Shown one piece after another: positions 9,460 to 15,953 of a DNA stretch of 32,000 nt (within the stretch, counting starts at the first letter, position 1; each line of letters begins with the position of its first letter). The DNA comes from Alkanindiges illinoisensis DSM 15370 (GTDB lineage Bacteria; Pseudomonadota; Gammaproteobacteria; Pseudomonadales; Moraxellaceae). The notes beneath the pieces were generated by a model. That model was given only the letters and a program-made list of their open reading frames with translations. It was not told the origin of the DNA and searched no databases. The stretch covers positions 292,979-324,978 of the forward strand of contig NZ_KK211037.1 in NCBI RefSeq assembly GCF_000619845.1, given 5' to 3'. Position numbers and translations under genes: made by a program.

Positions 9460-9834
9460 ATGAGTGGCAAGCATCCTTTAGTTCAAGCTGTTGAAAATGC
9501 TCAGTTGAAACCCGATATCCCTGCTTTTGCGCCCGGCGACACTGTTGTTGTTCAGGTTAAGGTAAAAGAAGGTGACCGTGAGCGTTTACAGGCATTTGAA
9601 GGCGTAGTTATTGCGATTAAAAACCGCGGTTTAAACTCTGCATTCACTGTGCGTAAAATTTCTAGCGGTGTTGGTGTTGAGCGTGTGTTCCAGACTCACT
9701 CTCCGATTGTTGCCAACATTGAAGTGAAACGTCGTGGTGATGTACGCCGTGCCAAGCTGTACTACCTGCGTGACCGTTCAGGTAAATCTGCACGTATCCG
9801 TGAGAAGTTACCAGCGCGCAAAGCAACTGCTTAA
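9460..9834 (+). CDS. rplS: 50S ribosomal protein L19
   Basis: Lies in ORF 9433..9834, which opens with TTG. The real start is probably ATG 9460, preceded by [22 protein letters not shown]...[44 protein letters not shown] is classic L19. Confidence 0.96.
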   Translation: MSGKHPLVQAVENAQLKPDIPAFAPGDTVVVQVKVKEGDRERLQAFEGVVIAIKNRGLNSAFTVRKISSGVGVERVFQTHSPIVANIEVKRRGDVRRAKLYYLRDRSGKSARIREKLPARKATA

Positions 9835-9852
9835 TCCGCATTTGTTTCGCAT

Positions 9853-9886
9853 AAAAAACGCACCCATCTATTTGGTGCGTTTTTTT
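9853..9886. terminator. Bidirectional rho-independent terminator between convergent rplS and the lipase foldase gene
   Basis: aaaaaaCGCACC-catctattt-GGTGCGttttttt. A GC-rich stem is flanked by an A-run on one side and a T-run on the other, so it can terminate both strands. Confidence 0.8.
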
Positions 9887-9940
9887 ATGCCTTAAAAACT
9901 TTATTTATGGGTTTAACCCGTCTGCTGTTAATGGTTTGGT

Positions 9941-10999
9941 TTATTGCAATAGCTCGTTAATATTGGTGCCTTGATCCCTAAAATGCTCATAGGTCACGGC
10001 GCGCTGGCGCTCGGCGTCATCACTGAACTGGCGTTCACGCAGGGCAGTAATGGCTCGCTGTTTGTCTTCTGGGGCCTGGTTGCTGGCTAAAATAGTCTGG
10101 CGCTGATTTAAATAATCCTGTACCCGGCTTTGCCAGTTGGCACGTGATTGATCAAGCTGTTCCAGCCGTTCTGCTGCTTCATGCCCAACGAGTTGTTCAC
10201 GCATTTGCTGCAATTCAGCCTTGCTGCCATTTTTTTGCCTGATTTGCTGGGTTAATGCCCGTAAGTCTTGCAGCTTGCTCATGTCTTCCAGATTCTTTTG
10301 CAGCGTTGGTGGCAATTGTGCAAAACGCTGTTTGAGCTGCTGGGCTTTTTGTGCTGCGTTCAGTGATTTATTATCCAGAATGCTTAGACGGTCAATAGTG
10401 TACTGGTTGTAAGTCATCTCATCGCCAAACAGGGCATTGAGTTCTGCTGGATTAAAATATTTTTGACGCAGTTGAGTGAGTTGATCCAGTACCCGCTGTA
10501 AATGATCAGGGTCTGTATTGGCACCGCTGTTTTGCAGTTTACCTTCGGCCTCACGGTATTTAAGGTAGCGCTGCCACAGGTCAGTGGCTTGTGCTGCGGC
10601 GTTGGTCGGCAGATTGTGCTGAATGTACTGTTTGACCTGCTGATCAATGCTGCCAAGCGATTTTTCACCAATCTGGGTGAGGAAATATTCAAAGCAGCGG
10701 CGAATTTTGACATTCAGTACCAACTGGCCTGCCGGGGTTGCTTCTAGCGCACAGTCAATTTCCGTATCCTGTAATGAAGCAGATAAGCCTTCTGCGGGTT
10801 CAGTCGGATTACTGCTGGTATCATTCGCTGTCGGATCAGACACGGTTTTGTCCTCAAGCATGCTATTGGACAAATTTGTGGCAGAGTTAGCTGAAGTCAC
10901 AGTGGATGAATTGTCCGGTTTTAGCCACAGGATCAGGCAGATAACCGCAATTGCCAGCACAACCACCAGCAAAGAAGCAAGAAAGTATTTTTTTTTCAT
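9941..10999 (-). CDS. lifO: Lipase-specific foldase (Lif / lipase chaperone), membrane anchored
   Basis: N-terminal TM anchor (YFLASLLVVVLAIAVICLILWL). The helical body carries Lif-type segments (RRCFEYFLTQIGEKSL...DLWQRYLKYREA...LRQKYFNPAELNALFGDE...YTIDRLSIL). It lies immediately downstream of a family I lipase gene. Confidence 0.85.
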   Translation of the reverse strand: MKKKYFLASLLVVVLAIAVICLILWLKPDNSSTVTSANSATNLSNSMLEDKTVSDPTANDTSSNPTEPAEGLSASLQDTEIDCALEATPAGQLVLNVKIRRCFEYFLTQIGEKSLGSIDQQVKQYIQHNLPTNAAAQATDLWQRYLKYREAEGKLQNSGANTDPDHLQRVLDQLTQLRQKYFNPAELNALFGDEMTYNQYTIDRLSILDNKSLNAAQKAQQLKQRFAQLPPTLQKNLEDMSKLQDLRALTQQIRQKNGSKAELQQMREQLVGHEAAERLEQLDQSRANWQSRVQDYLNQRQTILASNQAPEDKQRAITALRERQFSDDAERQRAVTYEHFRDQGTNINELLQ

Positions 11000-11114
11000 T
11001 TGCAGATTTTAATAAACAGGAAATTTAATCAGTAAACCTGATGCAGGTTTGCAAATCCAGTAAGGCCAGACGAACAGACCATGAGCCAACCGGATAGGTA
11101 ATAAATGAAACACG

Positions 11115-11154
11115 CCATGACATGCTGAAACAACAAAATGAAAGCATGTCATGG
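11115..11154 (-). promoter_or_regulatory. Intercistronic stem-loop between lipase and foldase genes
   Basis: Perfect 12-bp inverted repeat ccatgacatgct (11115-11126) / agcatgtcatgg (11143-11154) with a 16-nt loop. On the - strand it is followed by CGTGTTTCATTTATTA, which is only moderately U-rich. Confidence 0.5.
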
Positions 11155-11166
11155 GTGGAGGGCAGG

Positions 11167-12129
11167 TTATAGGCCTGCCAGTTTTAGACGGTTGGCGTGC
11201 TGGCGATACAGTTCAACCGGATCAGGACTGAACAGGCCACGTAAACCGAGAATCTGGTTTACTTCATCCAGATGATTGTGTGCATAGTCATCACGGATGA
11301 CCTTGCCAAAGTGCGCACTACAGGTGCCAACCAGGCCATCGTTATCCGTAAAGCCAAAAGCCAGTCCTGCAAGGCCAACCACGATGGTATCCGGGTCCAG
11401 CACATTGGTCACGGTCTTGTTACCTGTCCACGAATAGTTATAAATGCCATTGGTGACTGCTGTGCCCTGACCACATTCGGTGGTGGGAATGCCATTTGGG
11501 AAGCGCTTGTTAAAGGCCAGTGAACCTTCAGTGCTCAGGCTTTTTAGGGACGCATTCATGTTGCTGGGCAGGTTTGGCTTTCCTTGTGCCCAGTTCATGA
11601 CTGGCACCAGTGTGGCTTCAACAAAGGCCGAAACCACTTGTGCGCCAACGCCTGTTGATAGCAGTAAATCAGCAACCTTGGAGCCTTTATTCACCCCGGC
11701 AACGGTGGTCACTGAAGCAATCTTGGACGGCATAACCCCTGCTGCATAACGGGTGGTTGGGCCGCCGTGACTATGGCCAATCAGGTTGACTTTTTTGGCA
11801 CCGGTAATCGCCAGTACTTCTTCAACCTGCTTGACCAGTTGTTCGCCACGGACTTCAGTGCTGTTGAGGGGAGAAACCTGCGTGGCATAGACTGTCGCAC
11901 CGTTACTGGCCAGATCAGGCAGTACCTGATAAAAATAATCCAGTCCAAACTCAGGCACGCCCAGACGGGTAAAGCCAAACATACCGTGGTTAAATACAAT
12001 GGGATATTTGGTTTTGGCGTAGGTGGCCTTGGAGTTGGTAGGCGTGGTCTGTAAGGCGGCAAAGGCAGAGCTGCTACCCAGCAGTGTTAGGCCGACCAGA
12101 CCGGTGATTAGTTTACTTTTCAGCATCAT
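11167..12129 (-). CDS. lipA: Secreted triacylglycerol lipase, bacterial family I (Lif-dependent type)
   Basis: Signal peptide MMLKSKLITGLVGLTLLGSSSAFA. Oxyanion region YPIVFNHGMFGF. Nucleophile elbow GHSHGG. Cys pair (ECGQG...VGTCSAHFG). Asp/His region DGLVG...HNHLDEVNQ. GAGGAA RBS upstream of the ATG. Confidence 0.9.
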   Translation of the reverse strand: MMLKSKLITGLVGLTLLGSSSAFAALQTTPTNSKATYAKTKYPIVFNHGMFGFTRLGVPEFGLDYFYQVLPDLASNGATVYATQVSPLNSTEVRGEQLVKQVEEVLAITGAKKVNLIGHSHGGPTTRYAAGVMPSKIASVTTVAGVNKGSKVADLLLSTGVGAQVVSAFVEATLVPVMNWAQGKPNLPSNMNASLKSLSTEGSLAFNKRFPNGIPTTECGQGTAVTNGIYNYSWTGNKTVTNVLDPDTIVVGLAGLAFGFTDNDGLVGTCSAHFGKVIRDDYAHNHLDEVNQILGLRGLFSPDPVELYRQHANRLKLAGL

Positions 12130-12302
12130 TGCCGTTCCTCATTATTAAAATTGTCCTGAGAACCTTATTAGTTTTACTTAAGGTCGGTTAAATAATATGC
12201 TTTTTAAAAAAGAGGACGAACTGTGGAGGATGACTGGCACGACATAATGGGAACGTTGTCGCATTTTTAATCTATTTGTTTAATTATTGGGCAGTATAAA
12301 AT

Positions 12303-12668
12303 TTAATCTTCTGTTTCACGCGGACGTTGCCATGGGAGCGGGCGATCAATGGCTTCGGGCACATCACCACTTTGCGAGCGTAAATTCAGGTGAATGGCTG
12401 CCTGTGCCATCAGGTTGGCAGAAACTGGTGCTGTCATAAAAGCCAACAGGCTAATGAGAATTTCAGCCATACCAAAACGGCCAAAGCTGATGGACAGCAG
12501 GATGGAAGCAACGAGTACACCACCCAGTCCCAATGTAGAGGATTTGGTCGGTGCATGCAGGCGCATAAACAGGTCGGGCAGGCGAAACAGGCCAATAGCA
12601 CCAATCACCAGAAATAGTGAGGCGGTCAATACACAAATAATGGCAAGAATTTCCAGTAGGCTATTCAT
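12303..12668 (-). CDS. mrpG: Mrp/Pha cation:H+ antiporter subunit G
   Basis: LFLVIGAIGLFRLPDLFMRLHAPTKSSTLGLGGVLVAS is the MnhG/PhaG signature. AGGAG lies before the ATG. It is the last gene of the cluster. Confidence 0.85.
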   Translation of the reverse strand: MNSLLEILAIICVLTASLFLVIGAIGLFRLPDLFMRLHAPTKSSTLGLGGVLVASILLSISFGRFGMAEILISLLAFMTAPVSANLMAQAAIHLNLRSQSGDVPEAIDRPLPWQRPRETED

Positions 12669-12737
12669 GTATCACTCCTGATCAGTGCAGTTTTAATCAA
12701 TGGCAGGCTACGCACTAAAAAGCCAGGCCTTAAAAAG

Positions 12738-13019
12738 CTAATCAATAATATGGCCAGTGGTAAAATAACGCGCCAGTGCCGCAGTGGAAACAAAGCCCAG
12801 CATGGCGACCAGCAGGGCTGCCTCAAAATAAATAAAGCTGTGCCAGTACATGCCCAGAATCACAATCAGTGCCGTGGCATTTAAAAACAGGGTATCCAGT
12901 GCCAGCAGGCGATCTATCACCGAAGGACCAACCAGCAGGCGCCAGGTACACAGGGCAATGGCAAAGCTCACTGCACCAATACTGATTTGCAGGGCAAGAT
13001 TGAGCCAGTCAATCATCAT
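12738..13019 (-). CDS. mrpF: Mrp/Pha antiporter subunit F
   Basis: Lies in ORF 12738..13103. The likely start is ATG 13019 (MMIDWLNLALQISIGAVSFAIALCTWRLLVGPSVIDRLLALDTL...), giving a ~93-aa, three-helix protein typical of MrpF. It overlaps the mrpE stop (13009) by 11 nt. Confidence 0.8.
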   Translation of the reverse strand: MMIDWLNLALQISIGAVSFAIALCTWRLLVGPSVIDRLLALDTLFLNATALIVILGMYWHSFIYFEAALLVAMLGFVSTAALARYFTTGHIID

Positions 13020-13611
13020 GCGCGGTGTCCTTGCTTTGGAGTTGATTGGGTTGTGGTCTTGGCTCACTGTTGAAAGGATCAGGCCATTCACTGGGCTGGG
13101 CATAAAACAGCTTGATCAGGGGCTGCTCGTAACGCTGCTTGATTTCTTCAATGACTGCATTGGGGTCATCGGTGCTCAAAGCATGCACCAGAATGTTATT
13201 TTCCCCGTCTTCCAGTCCCGCTGATACAGTTCCCGGCGTGGTGGTAATAATGAGTGCCAATAAGGTGTTGACCTTGGGGTGAGTGGTATCAAGCGGCACC
13301 CGAATCCATTTGGGGTGCAGCTTGTGCAAAGGCCCTAGCACCTGTCTGGCCACCCGGATATTGGCCACCAGAATATCCCACAGCACCACAAAAAATAGCC
13401 GGATAGCGGTAGGCCAGTGTACGGGCTGCGCGGGCTGGATAAAGTACTGGCTAAGCTTGGGGAAAATGATAGCCACCAGCACAGCCAGCAACACATGCGC
13501 TGCTTCCACACTATGCATGAGCATTAGCCAGCTTGCGCCCAGAATCAAGGATAAAAACGGATGCGGAAACAGGCGCTGGAAGCGGTCAATCCAGATGGAC
13601 TTAGGGCGCAT
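13009..13611 (-). CDS. mrpE: Mrp/Pha antiporter subunit E
   Basis: Lies in ORF 13009..13758. The likely start is ATG 13611 (MRPKSIWIDRFQRLFPHPFLSLILGASWLML...), which overlaps the mrpD stop by 11 nt. Segments VANIRVARQVLGP...ITTTPGTVS resemble MnhE. Confidence 0.75.
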   Translation of the reverse strand: MRPKSIWIDRFQRLFPHPFLSLILGASWLMLMHSVEAAHVLLAVLVAIIFPKLSQYFIQPAQPVHWPTAIRLFFVVLWDILVANIRVARQVLGPLHKLHPKWIRVPLDTTHPKVNTLLALIITTTPGTVSAGLEDGENNILVHALSTDDPNAVIEEIKQRYEQPLIKLFYAQPSEWPDPFNSEPRPQPNQLQSKDTAHDD

Positions 13612-15478
13612 TTGAAGACCTCGCTGGTTTGAGTTCAGCGCTAACCTGCTTGGGAAGTTCAGGTACGGTAGACGGCGTTGCTGGCTCAGCCCCGGCAGTT
13701 GGTACAGCAGGCAATGGCGCAGCCGGATTGTCCGCAATAGTACGAGGCGGATTTTCAATCACTTTAGCCTGATCCACAAGCGCCGGGTCTTCAATGACGT
13801 CTTCCTGTTCCAGATTATCAGTCACTGCCGTGGACTGGGTATTTTTAATATAGGGCAGGTAGGATGAATCAAAGGGACGGCGGCTAATGGGCTGGTTACT
13901 GGCATCATATTGCAGCACTGCCTTTTGGTAGGCAGGCGCATTCTGGAGCTGTGCGGCGGTGGCGCTGGTGTACTGGCGCACAGGTGAAGCAAACACCATT
14001 AGCAATAACAACAGGGCCAGCAGGCTAAAAAAAGCCAGTGGCAGGCGATGCGGTATCACCCGTTCGGGTTGCAGGTATTGTGACTGGATCAGTTCATTGG
14101 GGGGTTCAACCCGCCAGAAAACAGTAATGCCCATGCGAACCAGCGTTATCAAACTGATAAAACTGACCAGCAGTACTGTTAAAAATATCCAGAACGTGCC
14201 GGGTAACTCGGTTGCACTGCGCAGTAGCATGACCTTGCCCAAAAAACCGCTAAAAGGCGGCAGGCCGGCAATCATCATCATGATCACCATGCTGGAAATG
14301 CCCAGCAAGACCGGTTGCTGTATGGCAATGGCCGGATGCAGGGTATCTTCTACCGCACTGCGCTGGTAGCTGATCCATTCCACCAATAGATAAAAAGCAG
14401 CTACCACCAGCGTGCTGTGAATTAAATAAAACAGGGCGGCTGACCATGCGGCAATACTGGGCAGGGCAATGCCAATCAGGATGGTGCCTACCGAGGATAG
14501 CAGCATATAGCTCACCAGCCGGCGCATGCTATGGGCAGCCAGTGCACCAATGATACCAATCAGGCTGGACAGCAGGGCAATCGGCAAAAGCCAGCTCATG
14601 AATTGCTGATTGGCATTGACTGTAGCTGCCGCAAAGATGGTGCCATTGACGCGCAGGATGCTATACACCCCAACCTTGGTCATAATGGCAAACAGTGCCA
14701 TAACCGGTGGCGAAGCAGCGGCATAAGTATTAGGTAACCAGAATGATAGCGGCACAATGGCGGCCTTGATGGCAAACACCACCAGTAAAATCATGCCAGC
14801 AGCTTGCGCCATGGCAAACTGGTCACTTTCCAGTGTGGGAAGCAAACGTGCCACATCGGCCATGTTCAGGCTACCCACATTGCCATACACCATGGCAAGG
14901 CCAATCAGGAAAATGGCAGAAGCAGTCAGGTTAAGCACCACATAATGCACGCCCATGCGAAAACGGATGCGGCCCTGTCCATGCAGCAGCAACACATAGG
15001 ATGCCAACAGCAGAATTTCAAAAAATACAAACAGGTTGAACAGATCACCCGTTAAAAAGGCACCACACAGACCCATGAGCTGAAACTGGAACATGGCATG
15101 AAAGTAGCGGCCTTTCTGATCCCAGCCTCCAGTGGCATACCACAACACTGGCAAGGCCAGGGCATAGGTCAGCATAATCATCAGGGCAGACAGGCGATCC
15201 AGCACCAGTGCAATGCCAAAAGGGGCAGCCCATTCGCCCAGATAATAGCTTCTAATGACACCCTGATCGGCCTGCACCAGCAGGTTAATAGCCAGTATAA
15301 AACCCAGCAGGGTTGCCGCTAGACCAATAATGCGGCTGGTGCGCAGGCGATGTTTGTGCTTGTTGGAATCAAGGCTGGGATAGCCCACCAGAATCAGGCT
15401 AAATGCTGCAAATGCCGGCAGTAAAATGGAAAAAATCGGCGTATGCAACTGCCAGAAATCCAGTAGGGCCGCAAACAT
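13601..15478 (-). CDS. mrpD: Mrp/Pha antiporter subunit D (NuoM/N-like) with long hydrophilic C-terminal tail
   Basis: Polytopic membrane protein with the ND2/4-type pattern (FNLFVFFEILLLASYVLLLHG..., ...AAASPPVMALFAIMTKVGVYSILR...). Its start overlaps the mrpC stop (TGATG at 15476-15480). The last ~124 aa are Pro/Ala/Gln-rich and non-membrane. Confidence 0.88.
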   Translation of the reverse strand: MFAALLDFWQLHTPIFSILLPAFAAFSLILVGYPSLDSNKHKHRLRTSRIIGLAATLLGFILAINLLVQADQGVIRSYYLGEWAAPFGIALVLDRLSALMIMLTYALALPVLWYATGGWDQKGRYFHAMFQFQLMGLCGAFLTGDLFNLFVFFEILLLASYVLLLHGQGRIRFRMGVHYVVLNLTASAIFLIGLAMVYGNVGSLNMADVARLLPTLESDQFAMAQAAGMILLVVFAIKAAIVPLSFWLPNTYAAASPPVMALFAIMTKVGVYSILRVNGTIFAAATVNANQQFMSWLLPIALLSSLIGIIGALAAHSMRRLVSYMLLSSVGTILIGIALPSIAAWSAALFYLIHSTLVVAAFYLLVEWISYQRSAVEDTLHPAIAIQQPVLLGISSMVIMMMIAGLPPFSGFLGKVMLLRSATELPGTFWIFLTVLLVSFISLITLVRMGITVFWRVEPPNELIQSQYLQPERVIPHRLPLAFFSLLALLLLLMVFASPVRQYTSATAAQLQNAPAYQKAVLQYDASNQPISRRPFDSSYLPYIKNTQSTAVTDNLEQEDVIEDPALVDQAKVIENPPRTIADNPAAPLPAVPTAGAEPATPSTVPELPKQVSAELKPARSSNAP

Positions 15479-15855
15479 CAGGACGCATCCTTCACTTGGC
15501 GTTGAATGGTATGCGGTGCCTGTTCCGGAATGGCAGCATCTACATGGTCACTGCCACTTTCATGGCGACTGCGCAAGGCCAGTTGCACCACAAAGGCGGT
15601 GGTGGCAAACCCAATCACAATGGCTGTGAGCACCAGTGCCTGAGGCAATGGATCGGTACTTTGCGTGGTATTCACCAGAATAGGTGCGGCGTTGGTCTTA
15701 AGGCGGCCCATGCTAAAAATAAACACGTTTACCGCATAGCCCAGCAGCGACAGGCCCAGAATCACTGGAAAAGTGCGGCCACGCAATAACAGGTAAATGC
15801 CTGAGGCAGTAACCACCCCAATGCCGGTTGCCAGCAGGAATTCCAGACTAATCAT
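15478..15855 (-). CDS. mrpC: Mrp/Pha antiporter subunit C (NuoK-like)
   Basis: MISLEFLLATGIGVVTASGIYLLLRGRTFPVILGLSLLGYAVNVFIF is a typical MnhC/NuoK-like N-terminus. 125 aa. Confidence 0.88.
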   Translation of the reverse strand: MISLEFLLATGIGVVTASGIYLLLRGRTFPVILGLSLLGYAVNVFIFSMGRLKTNAAPILVNTTQSTDPLPQALVLTAIVIGFATTAFVVQLALRSRHESGSDHVDAAIPEQAPHTIQRQVKDAS

Positions 15856-15944
15856 GATGGTTTTTCCTCTGCCATAAGCTTTGCAGAATTGTTTTTTTTC
15901 AGACGTATTTTTCCAGGCGGATTTTCTAGTGGCGGATTTCTCAT
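15852..15944 (-). CDS. Candidate 30-codon sORF in the mrpA/B-mrpC gap (MRNPPLENPPGKIRLKKNNSAKLMAEEKPS)
   Basis: On the - strand the sequence reads TAAGGAGCAGCCATG. The mrpA/B stop TAA runs into AAGGAG, followed by a 5-nt spacer and an ATG at 15944. The ORF then runs to a TGA that overlaps the mrpC ATG (ATGA, 15852-15855). It is hydrophilic, with no family recognised, and could be a chance ORF. Confidence 0.25.
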   Translation of the reverse strand: MRNPPLENPPGKIRLKKNNSAKLMAEEKPS

Positions 15945-15953
15945 GGCTGCTCC

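Noticed and set aside
13612-13758. The long N-terminal extension of ORF 13009..13758 (MKIRLVLLRTIRLRHCLL...), which would make MrpE 249 aa.
   Set aside because: It lies entirely inside the mrpD coding tail in another frame, and it is Arg/Leu-rich and not MrpE-like. ATG 13611 gives the usual stop/start overlap with mrpD and a sensible MrpE N-terminus.
13959-15789. Multiple + strand ORFs (13959..14369, 14531..14737, 14757..15055, 15098..15322, 15403..15789) opposite mrpD/mrpC.
   Set aside because: These are shadow ORFs antisense to strongly recognisable membrane-protein genes in GC-richer DNA. Their translations are Arg/Cys/His/Gln-rich low-complexity sequence without RBSs.
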